Made by a program: the position numbers and the translations under genes. Below are positions 36,511 through 48,134 of a stretch of 64,000 nt of DNA, piece by piece; the stretch's first letter is position 1; each line of letters opens with the position of its first letter. Origin of the DNA: Malacoraja senta (taxonomy: Eukaryota). The notes under the pieces are model-generated. The model was not told the origin of the DNA. It saw only the letters and a list, made by a program, of their open reading frames with translations, and ran no database searches. Where the stretch lies: contig JAXLNO010000680.1 in assembly GCA_038087875.1 (NCBI GenBank), forward strand, positions 186,001 through 250,000, in the 5' to 3' direction.

Positions 36511-39500
36511 ATGGGTTATGGGGAGAAGGCAGGAGAATGGGGTTAGGAGGGAGAGATAGATCAGCCACGATTGAATGGCGGAGTGGACTTGATGAGCCAA
36601 ATGGCCCAATTCTGCTGCTATCACTATGAACAGTCTCCCAGCGCAGGGATCGATCGCACTGAGTCTAGAATGTTAGCAGTTGTGTGAGGCAGAAAGTGGG
36701 GCAGCATGGTGTCGCAGCGGTAGAGTTGCTGCCTCACAGCGCCAGAGACCCGGGTTCCATCCTGACTGGATGCTGTCTGTACGGAGTTTGTATGTTCTCC
36801 CTGTCACCACGTGGGTTTTCTCCGGGTGCTCCGGTTTCCTCCCACATCCAAAAGACGTACAAGGTTTGTAGGTTAATTGGCTTTGGTAAAATTGTGAAGT
36901 GCTAGTGTACGGGGTGATTGCTGGTCGATGCGGACTCAAGGGCCTGTTTCCGCGCTGTATCTCTAAAGTCTAAAGCTTAAAAATAGTTTACATTCACTAT
37001 CACTGACAATCCTCGGATGTGCAGTCAGACAGCAGTTACAATCAGCAGTATGAGATTCCATACAATCAGTATGAGATTCCACTTCTATCTGTTCCAGAGT
37101 CCATTAGTTACTCAACTCTTCTGTGAGCTAAAGATAGACACAAAATGCTGGAGTAACTCAGCGGGACAGGCAGCATCTCTGGATCGAAGGAATGGGGGAG
37201 GTTTCGAGTCGAGACCCTTCTTCAGACTGGGATTCGGGGGAGAGGGAGATACAGAGATAAGGAAGTATAAAGGTGAGGACGAGACATCTGAGGACGTTTC
37301 AGGTCCGATCCCTTCTGAAGACATCTGAGATCAAGGAAACTGTAGAATAGATCATTGTTAACTTCTGTAAACTGCTTTTCCAATCTTCCTCCACAAAGAT
37401 GCCTTAAGTACCTGTCAAATTGGCTTGCCTCTCACCGTTCCACTGATCCAAGCCACCATTTTCCTTCGTGTAGAAACAACGAACTGCAAATGGTGGTTTA
37501 TACCAAAGATAGACACAAAGTGCTGGAGTAACTCAGCGAGTCAGGCAGCATCTCTGGAGAAAAACGATAGGCGACGTCTTGGGTCGGGACAATTCTGGCT
37601 TCCCAAACCTCAACCATTCTCCTGAAGAAGGGTCCCGACCCAAAACACCACCCATCCTTTTTTCTCCAGAGGTGCTGCCTGACTGGCGGAGTTACTCCAG
37701 CACTTTGCGCCTATCTTCGGTTTAAACCAGCATCTGCAGTTCTTTCCTGCACAGAGCAAATAGCTTGTCTAGTGGAGCAAACTGCCGGACCAAACAACTG
37801 GTCCAAATAACTCATCTGGTACAATCCCTTCTGTCCTTTTAATGTTGGGCTTCACAAATACACCAATATTACATTGTGTTATCCATATTTACACCTTTAT
37901 CCTCAGCTGCATAATATAAATATACACGGCCATCAATATCCAATTAAACACTCACACATACATTGACAGGAGCGCTGTAGAAACAACTAACTGTGGATAC
38001 TGGTTTATACCAAAGAAAGACACAAAGTGTAGAGTAGTTCAGGGGGTCATGCAGCATCTCTGGAGAACATGGATAGGTGACGTTTCAGGTAGGGTCCGTT
38101 CTGAAGAATGGGTAATGGCGGGTCGGGACCCTTCTTCAGAAGAATGGGTGATGGTTTGGGTCGGGACCGTTCTTCAGAAGAATGGGTGATGGTTTGGGTC
38201 GGGACCCTTCTTCAGAAGAATGGGTGATGGTTTGGGTCGAGACCTTTCTGCAGAGGAATGGATGACGTTTTGGGTCGAGACCCTTCTTCAGGAGAATAGT
38301 CCTGACCCAAAACGTCACCCATTCTTCTGAAGAAGGGTCCCGACCCGAAACGGCACCCATCCTTTTTCTCCCGAGATGCTGCCTGTCCCGCTGAGTTACT
38401 CCAGCATTTTGCGTCTATCTTTGACACTTGCCCTGCGCTTGCTCTGTTAGTCTCCACACATCACACACACACAAAACCCGGATACTAGGAATGAAGAAGC
38501 AAACAAACGTTGACAGAGGAAGGGACAAACACCGGAAGAGAAAATAAAACTGAGCAGAGGAACAAAAAGAGACAGGAGTGGACAAACTATTACAAACTTC
38601 ATCAAAAGTCAGCAAAGTAATTAACTATGCGGATCGCACACGGGGCCACAGTCTGGGAGTTTAGTTCAGTTTAGAAACACAGCGCGGAAACAGGCCCTTC
38701 GGCCCACCGAGTCCGCACCAACCTGCGATTCCCGCACTTTAACTATCCTACACACACCAGGGACAATTTTATATTTATACAAAGCCAATTAACCTACAAA
38801 CTTGTACGTCTTTGGAGTGTGGGAGGAAACCGGAGGTCCCGGAGAAAACCCACGCAGGTCACGGGGAGAACGTACAAACTCCGTACAGACAGCAGCCGTA
38901 GTCGGGATCGAACCCGGGTCTCCGGCGCTGTGTAAGGCGGCAGCTCTACCGCTGCGCCACCCTGCTGTTTTTTTTTGTTTGAGATTGCAGATGCCCGAAC
39001 CAGTAGGTCAGGCAGCATCTTTAGTTTAAATTGTGAAACAGTGAATGATCAATGTCAATCTCCATTCAGGGGCTGGGCAGAGTTCCAGGTCTCAAAGCTC
39101 CAGAAAGGTTGCAGAGGCGAAAGTACAAAAATAACCAGGGGGGATTGCAGCAACAGGGGGACAATTGATTCGTTACTGTGTAGAAGCTGTCAGAGGAGGT
39201 AGTTGAGGCAGGTACTATTGCAACGTTTAAGAAATATATGCACAGGTACATGCATAGGACAGGTTTAGAGGGATCTGAGCCAAACGCAGGCAGGTGGGAT
39301 TAGTGTCGATGGGGGCATGTTGGTCAGCATGGGCAAGTTGGGCTGAAGGGCCTGTCTCCACACTGCAAGACTCTCGGTCTCTGGGAAAGACTTAATAGAG
39401 ATAGACACAAAATACTGGAGTAACTCAGCAGGTCAGGTAGCATCTTTGGAGAACAGGAATAGGTGACCTTTTGGGTCGCGACCCTTCTGCAGACTAGTGC

Positions 39501-40007
39501 GAACGAGTGATCGATGGGCGGCGTGGACCCGGTGCGCCGAAGGGCCTGTTTCCATGCAGTATCTCTAAACTTGACGGCTCATTCAAAGGACCGCGGGGAT
39601 GTTTTAGACTTGGGTCACCTTTTGGACTTCTCCAGTCTGCCTGACCCGCTGAGTTACTCCAGCTTTTTGTCTATCTTAAGTCTCAAGAAATACTGGTTTC
39701 AAGGAGTACTGGTGCCTATTTGACAAAACCCCAAACCCTGATGTGAAGAGCTTTAAAATATCCCTGGAGCTTATGCCAGGTCTCATAGAGTGATACAGCG
39801 TGGAAACTGGTCCTTCGGCCCAACTTGCCCACACCGGCCAACATGTCCCAGCTAATAAAAAATAGCATCTGCAGTTCATTTGCTATCTAAATGGGGACCT
39901 GATCGGTGTCTTTGAAATTCTGAATGGGGTTTGGGGAATAGGACAGGTGAAGCATGTCCTCACTTAGGATGGTGGCCATGTAAGTGAGGACATGCTTCAC
40001 CTGTCCT

Positions 40008-40818
40008 ATGTGGATAAATGTGAGGTTATCCATTTTGGTGGCAAAAACAGGAAAGCAGACTATTATCTAAATGGTGGCCGACTAGGAAAAGGGGAGATGC
40101 AGCGAGACCTGGGTGTCATGGTACACCAGTCATTGAAAGTAGGCATGCAGGTGCAGCAGGCAGTGAAGAAAGCGATTGGTATGTTAGCTTTCATAGCAAA
40201 AGGATTTGAGCATAGGAGCAGGGAGGTTCTACTGCAGTTGAACAGGGTCTTGGTGAGACCACACCTGGAGTATTGCGTACAGTTTTGGTCTCCAAATCTG
40301 AGGAAGGACATTATTGCCATAGAGGGAGTGCAGAAAAGGTTCACCAGACTGATTCCTGGGATGTCAGGACTGTCTAATGAAGAAAGACTGGATAGACTTG
40401 GTTTATACTCTCTAGAATTTAGGAGATTGAGAGGGGATCTTATAGAAAATTACAAAATTCTTAAGGGGTTGGACAGGCTAGATGCAGGAAGATTGCTCCC
40501 GATGTTGGGGAAGTCCAGGACAAGGGGTCACAGCTTAAGGATAAGGGAGAAATCCTTTAAAACCGAGATGAGAACTTTTTTCACACAGAGTGGTGAATCT
40601 CTGGAACTCTCTGCCACAGAGGGTAGTCGAGGCCAGTTCATTGGCTATATTTAAGAGGGAGTTAGATTTGGCCCTTGTGGCTAAAGGGATCAGAGTGTAT
40701 GGAGAGAAGGCAGGTACGGGATACTGAGTTGGATGATCAGCCATGATTATATTGAATGGCGGTGCAGGCTCGAAGGGCCGAATGGCCTACTCCTGCACCT
40801 AATTTCTATGTTTCTATC
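40008..40818 (+). mobile_element. CR1-clade LINE 3' end
   Basis: ORF 39992..40654 VDKCEVIHFG...QRDLGVMV...LVRPHLEYCVQFWSP. Confidence 0.9.
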
Positions 40819-42649
40819 GAGGTAGCTATAAATAGACGCAACTGGGAAAAAACACAAAGAAATGTCACAGAGAGTGGTCAGAATGTGGAACTCATCATCA
40901 CCAGATAGACATAAGATGCTGGAGTAACTCAGCGGGACAGGCAGCAACTCTGGAGAGAAGGAATGGTTGACGTTTTGGGTCGAGACCCCTTCTTCAGCTA
41001 AATGTGACTCAGAACAATAGATTTGATGCCTTCAAGAGCCCAAGATCATGAGTGGAGGGGAAAGGAAATGCTGAGAGACCTGTTTCTTTGTTGTATATTT
41101 GAAGTACTATTTAACATCATATAAATATCGACACACACATATACACAATCACTTGTACATATCTGCACAAAAATGCTTAATAGGTTTAAAAATATATCCC
41201 ACAGCATGTTCTAAAGCCAAACTATCAGCCCATTAATTGCAAAATTCTAAACCCTGTGCTCGAAATTCCTCTTCCTGTCGTTTTTTCCACAATTCAGAGC
41301 AGAAACTGGCGGTAAAACGTGATCCATTACATCCTCTTCGAAAGAACCATCCAATTTAGTTTAGAGATGCAGCGTGGAAGCAGGCCGTTCGGCCCACCGA
41401 GTCCATGCCGACCAGTGATCACCCGTTCACACTAGTTTGCAGTCTGACGAAGTTTCATGTTGTGTTCGATAACTCACTGGATTCAGACAGGAAATGTCAC
41501 CTATTCCTTTTTCTCCAGAAATGCTGTGTGATCCGCTGAGTTACTCCAGCTTTCTGTGTCTATCTTCACACTAGCTTAGTTTAGTTTAGAGATGCTGCAT
41601 GGAAGCAGGCCCTCGGCCCACCAGCAATCCCCGCACACACTAACACTATCCTACACACACAGTAGGGACAATTTTTACATTTATACCAAAGCCAATTAAC
41701 CTACAAACCTGCACGTCTTTGGAGTGTGGGCAGAAACCGAAGATCTCGGAGAAAACCCACACACAAGTCACAGGGAGGACGTACAAACTCCGTACAGACA
41801 GCAGCCACAGTCGGGATCGAGCCCCGGGTCTCTGATGCTAGAAGGCAGCAGCTCTACCGCTGCGCCACCGTGCCGCGCCTTCTTTGGGATCAGTAACACA
41901 GCGTCTCTGGAGAACGAGGATAATTGGCCTTTCAGGTCAGGATCCTCTTCTGACTTTGGGGTGAGGGGGTGAACTGGAAGCAAGAAAAGCCCAGGGCAAA
42001 TTAGGGCCGGCAGCCAATGACTCCAGCAGGGAGGTTCCCTGATCGAATGCGGACCCGATAGAAGTCTGAAGAGTCCTGACCAGAAACCCAACTCTTTTTC
42101 TGCAGAGATGCTGCCTGACCCGCTGAGTTAATCCAGCATTTTGTGTGTCGAGGTTCCCCCGAAAAGCGGGAGGGTACTGAAGGTGTGAGGCTCAAAATCT
42201 CATCCGCGCTTCTCTCCCAAACCTCCACAGTATTCTGCTTCTGTGGGTAGAGCTGCTGCCTCATGGCGCAAGAGACCTGGGATTGATCCCGACCAAGGGG
42301 CACGCAGTTTACACGTTCTCCCCGTGACCATGTGGGTTTTCTCCAACATCTGGGTTTCCTCCAAAGTCAAAAGTCAATTTATTGGTCACGTGCACCCGAA
42401 GGTGCAGTGAAATGAATTTGCCAGCAGCGATACACCTAAAAAGAACACGCAATACACAACAAACATTGAACACAAACATCCACCACAGCATTGTTCACTG
42501 TGGTGGGAGGCAACAAGGGTCAGCCAGTCCTCCTCCTTTGTTCACCCGTGGTCCGGGCCATAAACCATCCAAAGACGTGCAGGTTTGTGGGCACAATGAG
42601 AAATTGTCCCGAGTGTGTGTAGGATAGTGTAGGTGTGCGGGGATCTCTG

Positions 42650-43260
42650 AGCTGCACTTGTACAAGGCATTGGTGACGCCAATTCTGGAGCATGGAGTAC
42701 AATTTTGGTCGCCTAATTATAGGAAGGATGTCAACAAAATAGAGAGAGTACAGATGAGATTTACCAGAATGTTGCCTGGGTTTCAGCAACTAAGTTACAG
42801 AGAAAGGTTGAACAAGTAAGGTCTTTATTCTTTGGAGCGCAGAAGGTTAAGGGGGGACTTGATAGAGATCTTTAAAATGATGAGCGGGTTAGACAGAGTG
42901 GACGTGGATAAGCTTTTTCCATTGAGAGTTGGGAAGATTCAAACAAGGGGACATGACTTGAGAATTAAGGGACAGAAGTTTAGGGGGAACATTAGGGGGA
43001 ACTTCTTTACTCAGAGAGTGGTAGCTGTGTGGAATGAGCTTCCAGTGGAAGTGGTGGAGGGAGGCTCGATTTTATCCTTTAAAAATAGATTGGATGGGTA
43101 TATGGACGGGAAAGGAATGGAGGGTTATGGTCTGAGTGCAGGTAGATGGGACTAGGGGGAAGTATTTTTTTTTTTTTTTTTAATGTTTTTAAATGTCCGG
43201 CACGGACTTGAAGGGTCGAGATGGCCTGTTTCCGTGCTGTAATGGTTATATGGTTATATG
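42650..43260 (+). mobile_element. CR1/HER1-type LINE 3' end
   Basis: ORF 42832..43155; (TATATGGT)n-like tail. Confidence 0.85.
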
Positions 43261-44797
43261 ACTAAACCCCCGGCTGTTCGCACCACCTGCCCGTGTCCTG
43301 TCCACGTGCCACTCAGGCCCACTGGCTCGTTGCCCCCCCCCAATGAGGTAAAGCCGTTGCCTACTCGACATTCCCGCAGCCTCAGTCTGTGCTCATGTTA
43401 TTCTGGCCTCCTCACTGGTGGTACCTGCCTGGTCCAAGTAGAATGGAGATGAGGAGGAATTTCTTTAGTCAGAGGGTGGTGAATCTGTGGAATTCTTTGC
43501 CACAGAAGGCTGTGGAGGCCAAGTCAGCGGGTATTTTTAAGGCAGAGATAGATAGATTCTTGATTAGTACGGGTGTCAGGGGTTATGGGGAGAAGGCAGG
43601 AGAATGGGGTCGAGAGGGAGAGATAGATCAGCCATGATTGAATGGCAGAGTGGACTTGATAGGCTGAATGGCCTTATTCTGTTATCACATGAAAAAAGCT
43701 TACATTTAAAGTAAATGGAAGGAGTTTTAGAGGATCTAAGAGGAAGTATAGTCTTTCCACTGACTGGATAGCACGCAGCGAGAAAGCTTTTCACTTTACC
43801 TTGGCATACGTGACAATAAACAAAACTAGTTTAGTTGCGTCTATTGTCTCGTGTACCGAGGTACAGTAAAAAGCTTTTGTCGCGTGCTAACCAGTCAGCG
43901 GAAAGACAATACATGATTACAATCGAGCCGTCCACAGTGTACAGATACAGGGTAAAGGGAATAATGTGAATAGCGAAGTCCAGCGAAGTCCGAGCAAAGA
44001 TAGAGGAGGTGGTGGAATCAGACACAAGCACCCTGTTGAACAGACATTTAGACTGACTAATAGTCACGGTGGGAAGGGTATGGTCCTAATGGTCCCAGGG
44101 CAGCACGGTGACGCAGCGGTAAAGCTGCTGCCTGACAGCGCCAGAGACCCGGGTTCCATCCTGACTACGGGTGCTGTCTGTACGGAGTTTGTACCTTCTC
44201 CCCGTGAGTTATCACCGAGATCTTGGCTTTCCTCCCACACTCCAAAGACGTACAGGATTTGTAGGTTAATTGGCTTGGTATAAAATGTAGTGTGTGTAGG
44301 GTGGTGTCAATGTGCGGGGATCGCTGGTCGGTGCAGACTCGGTGGGCCGAAAGGGCCTGTTTTTCCGCTGCACCTCGAGACTAATGCCGGCAAATGGGAT
44401 GGGCAAAAAGGCATATGGCATGGCCATGTTGGGCCCATTTCTCTGCTGTACGAGTCTACAACGTCACTGATGGACGCTGGTGGGCCATGTGGGGATCAGT
44501 CTGCAGTATTCCCGCCAACTAGTGTCACAGAGACAGCAGTGCAGGGGCAGGGAGAAGTGACCGCACTTCACTGAGGTGGTGGTACTAGGAAGTTCCTGAA
44601 GCTGAGGAGGCGTTGGGAGAGCGATCAATGAAGCCACAGCAGCAACATCCTTCACTGTGGGTGTGCAACAGACTCTGAACAGGTCAAAGACACAGAGTGT
44701 TGGAGTAACTCAGCGGGTCAGGCAGCATTGGAGAATGTGGATTGGCAACGTTTCGGGTCGGGACCCTTCTTCAGACTGATCCCAGGGTGTATTGTAA

Positions 44798-44993
44798 AGG
44801 GCCTGTCCCACGTGGGTGTCATTTGCGCATCACGCAGATGGCGCGCGAAGATTTTGTACATCACAAAATCCTGGGGCGCCGCACGCGACCACGCGTCACT
44901 GCCTACGCCACCACGCACCATGCGCGCGTCACGTGCGTCGTAAATGATGTCGCTTAAATTACGCGCAAATGACGCCCAAGTGGGGCAGGCCCT
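44798..44993. mobile_element. Non-autonomous DNA transposon (MITE) with 31-bp terminal inverted repeats
   Basis: AGGGCCTGTCCCACGTGGGTGTCATTTGCGC ... GCGCAAATGACGCCCAAGTGGGGCAGGCCCT (3 mismatches), CpG-rich interior, TA-rich flanks. Superfamily is uncertain (Harbinger- or Kolobok-like). Confidence 0.8.
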
Positions 44994-45406
44994 ATAGGGA
45001 TTGTACCGAGGGAATATTCCACTAAGGCCATTCTACCAATTGTAATATTCAATGTTATCTCCCCCATGAGTTGCGGCCAGGATTGAAGGAGGTGTGAAAG
45101 GCCCGACCTCTCTCTCTCTCTCTCTCCCACCACACCCCCCTCCTTGGCCCCAGCCTACCTCTCTGTCCCCCAGCTCCCTCCCTCCCTCCCTCCACCAGTT
45201 GGCGTAGATTGAGGGATGTGTGGAACGCCACTACCTCTCTCTCTCTCACTCTCCCCTAACCCCTGTCCCACCTCCTCCCTCCCTACCTCCATTAGTTGAA
45301 GCCTTGGTTAGGGAGGTTGGAATGGCCCTACCTCTTCCCCCGCCCCCCCCTCCCTAGGTCCCAGCCTACCTCTCTCTCTCTCCCAACCTCCCTCCCTCCC
45401 TCCCTA

Positions 45407-45627
45407 CCTGGGGTAAATTTCGCCTACCCAGGGGGTAAATTTGTTGATTGTGGATTTGTACATATTTTTTCTCATTGACTGACTGTGTTTGGTTCTGGTA
45501 TACCGGCATCTGCTCATCATTAGTTGTTCATAAATAAGTTAAATAACAATGTTATGTGCTATTAAAGTTGCCGGGGGTTTAAAGTTGCCAGGGGTAAACG
45601 GGACGAAAAAGGTTGGGAACTCCCTGA
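45407..45627. mobile_element. hAT (Charlie-like) MITE with an eroded left end
   Basis: Shares CCTGGGGTAAATTT and GTAAACGGGACGAAAAAGGTTG with 7767-7969. Confidence 0.6.
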
Positions 45628-45905
45628 CCTAGATGGAGGGGAAATAGAAACTCCTCTACCCCTCTCTCTGTCTCCCCCTCACTCGATCCCACCTCCCTCA
45701 CTTGACTGAGATCGAAGGAGGTTGGAAACATCTCTACCCCTCTCTCTCTCTCTCCCCCCTTCCTCCTATCCCACTTCCCCCCGTGCTCCATCAGTGGAGG
45801 CCAGGAAAGAGATAGGTTGGACTGGCTCTCTCCGACCTCTACCTGTCTCCCCCTCCATCCCTCCTGTCCCCCTACCCCCCCCCCCCACCCCCCCGGCTCG
45901 CTCAG

Positions 45906-47255
45906 TCAGTCGAGGCCTCTGCTGAGGGGGATGTCGTGCTGAAGTTTCTCACAGGCGTTGCGGTGCCTGAGGAAGCTGTCCCTCCACATAAACCTCTTGG
46001 CACAGACGTGGCACTGGAAGGGCTTGTGGCCGGTGTGGATCTTCATGTGCTCCACCAGGTGGTGCTTCATCTTGAACTTCTTGTTGCACAGGGTGCAGGC
46101 GAAGGGGCGCAGGTTGAGGTGCATGTTGACGTGCCGGTCCCGCTGGCTGCGGTGGGTGAAGCTCTTGCTGCAGTGGCAGGCGAAGACCTTGCCTCCGCCG
46201 CTGCCGGGCCCCCCGCCCGCCGGGTCCGCCGAGCCCGCCGCCCCGTGCCGCAGCTCCTGGAGGCCGCTGCCGCCCCCGCCACCGGGCAGGAGGAGGAGGG
46301 AGGGGGCCGGGGCAAAGCACTGGGGCCCCTCCTCGCCCACGTCGTAAGGGAAGTCCTCGGTGGAGCCACAGAAGTCCGCCGGCTCGTCCTGGCCGGGGGC
46401 GAGTGTGGGGGGGCCGAGGGGGAGGGGAGGGGGCTGGGGCCGGGTCAGGGTGCACACACCGCTGATGCTGAGCGAGCGGGGGTCCGGGGGGCGGCGTCCC
46501 CCAGCGCTCTTGACAAAATGGTGGTCGTCCTCCTCGCAGGTCAGCACCAGGTCGTCGTCTTCCTCCTCCTCCTCCTCCTCTCCCTCCTCCTCCTCCTCCT
46601 CCCCCTCCACCTTCTCCTCCTTCACCAGGACCCAGCCCCCGTGCCGGGGCTGCCTTGCCGACGACACGCTCCCCGCCGCCCCTTGGTTGCTGGTCACCTT
46701 CTGCTCCGGGTCGACCTCATCGTCTTCCAGAAGCTCGTCCTCCAGCATCTCGTCCCCCTGGTCCAGCTTGACGGAGACGGACACAGGGACCTCGTCGCGG
46801 GGGCTGAAGTAGTTGCTGCTGCTGGGTGACTGGCTGCTGGGGTTGCGGGGTCCGGGGGCCGGGGTCGGAGGGGGTTCCCTCTCCCGCAGCAGCTCGGTGC
46901 ACTTGTCCACCACGTGCCACATCTGCAGGAAGCTGCCCACCGTCAGGTAGTTGACGATGTCGGCCGGCGTGACCGCCAGGCGGCCCGCGTAGCACGAGGC
47001 CAGGATGTTCTCGAAGGCCCGCGCATCCATCACCCCCGGGAGCGCCAGGCGGCTGGCGTTGCGGAAGAGCACCTGGTCGTGGAAGTAGGGCGAGGAGGCG
47101 GCCAGCACCGCCCGGTGCGCCTGGAACACCTTGCCCTGCACCTGGATGGAGATGTCGCAGAACTTGCCCTCCATGCGCTGCTGGTTAAGGTTCTCCAGCA
47201 GGCTGCTGCTGAAGTTGGGGAAGTCCACGTACAGCACCTTGCTGCCCGCCTCCAT
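45906..47255 (-). CDS. ZBTB22: Zinc finger and BTB domain-containing protein 22 (single coding exon, 449 aa from MEAGSKVLYVDFP)
   Basis: Intact ORF with a BTB domain (LNQQRMEGKFCDISIQVQGKVFQAHRAVLAASSPYFHDQVL...FLQMWHVVDKCTELL). Linker motifs match those I recall from ZBTB22 (QSPSSSNYFSPR, DLVLTCEED, LSIS, DFCGSTEDF). Three C-terminal fingers: atypical CxC first finger (KVFACHC...RDRHVNMHLNLRPF), a C2H2 finger and a C2HC last finger. The ATG at 47255 sits in gccATGg context, 5 nt after a polypyrimidine/CAG acceptor (exon starts 47260). The 62 extra upstream aa in the ORF track are mostly intronic. Confidence 0.9.
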   Translation of the reverse strand: MEAGSKVLYVDFPNFSSSLLENLNQQRMEGKFCDISIQVQGKVFQAHRAVLAASSPYFHDQVLFRNASRLALPGVMDARAFENILASCYAGRLAVTPADIVNYLTVGSFLQMWHVVDKCTELLREREPPPTPAPGPRNPSSQSPSSSNYFSPRDEVPVSVSVKLDQGDEMLEDELLEDDEVDPEQKVTSNQGAAGSVSSARQPRHGGWVLVKEEKVEGEEEEEEGEEEEEEEDDDLVLTCEEDDHHFVKSAGGRRPPDPRSLSISGVCTLTRPQPPPLPLGPPTLAPGQDEPADFCGSTEDFPYDVGEEGPQCFAPAPSLLLLPGGGGGSGLQELRHGAAGSADPAGGGPGSGGGKVFACHCSKSFTHRSQRDRHVNMHLNLRPFACTLCNKKFKMKHHLVEHMKIHTGHKPFQCHVCAKRFMWRDSFLRHRNACEKLQHDIPLSRGLD

Positions 47256-47404
47256 GGCTCCTGGGGAGGAGGAGGGGAGAGAGAGAACACAGGGGAGAAA
47301 ATCAACCCTAGGGAGATGCAGGGAGATACATCGTACACAAACCCTGCAGGGCCACCCTAACCCAGTGCTACTCCCCACACTACTCCCACGGTCCAAAGGT
47401 TCAT

Positions 47405-47890
47405 GATCCAATGTTGCAGTGGTCAATGTCTCCATGGTCAATGGTCAATTTGCCAATGGTCAATGGCGCAATGGCTCATTTGGTTCATTCGCTTCAATGG
47501 TGCAATGGTCAGTGGTCAATGACTCTTGGTTCAATGGTCAATGTTGCAATGGTCAGTGGTCAATGCACAATGGTTCAATGGTCTAATGTTTAATGGTGCT
47601 ATAGTGCAATGGTCAATGTTCCACTGGTCAATGGCACAATGGCTCATTTGGATAACTTGGTTCAATGGTCTAATGGTTAGTGCTGTAATGTGCAATGGTG
47701 AATGCAATGAATGATCAATGGTGAAATGGTGAATGGCGCAATGTTGAATGGCGCAATGGTGAACGGCGCAATGGTGAATGGTGCAATGGTGAATGGTGCA
47801 ATGGTGAATGGTCTAATGGTGAATGGTGAATGGTCTAATGGTCTAATGGTCTATGGTGCAATGGTCTAAAGGTCAATGGTCTAATGGTGA
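47405..47890. repeat. Degenerate AATGG(T)-based simple repeat (CAATGGT/GAATGGT units)
   Basis: Read directly; lies about 150 bp into the intron from the ZBTB22 acceptor. Confidence 0.85.
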
Positions 47891-48134
47891 CTGTATCTAA
47901 TTCTATCACCTCCTCCCGCAGCAAGTTCCAGAGATAAAGCCAGGGGCGGCACAGAGCAGCAGCGGGTAAAGCTGCTGCCTCACAGCGCCAAAGACTCGGG
48001 ATGTTTTTTTACTCAGGGAGCAGTGGGTGCCTGGAATGCCCTGCTTGGGGTGGTGGTGGAGGCAGATACGATAGCAGGGTTTAGAAAGACACATAGATAT
48101 GGACGTATATGAGTCTGGATCAGTTCAGACTATG

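Noticed and set aside
47256..47441. 62-aa N-terminal extension of ZBTB22 (and 19 aa for the left gene)
   Set aside because: Both run through a polypyrimidine tract and acceptor, so they are mostly intronic; the downstream ATGs align with the family start.
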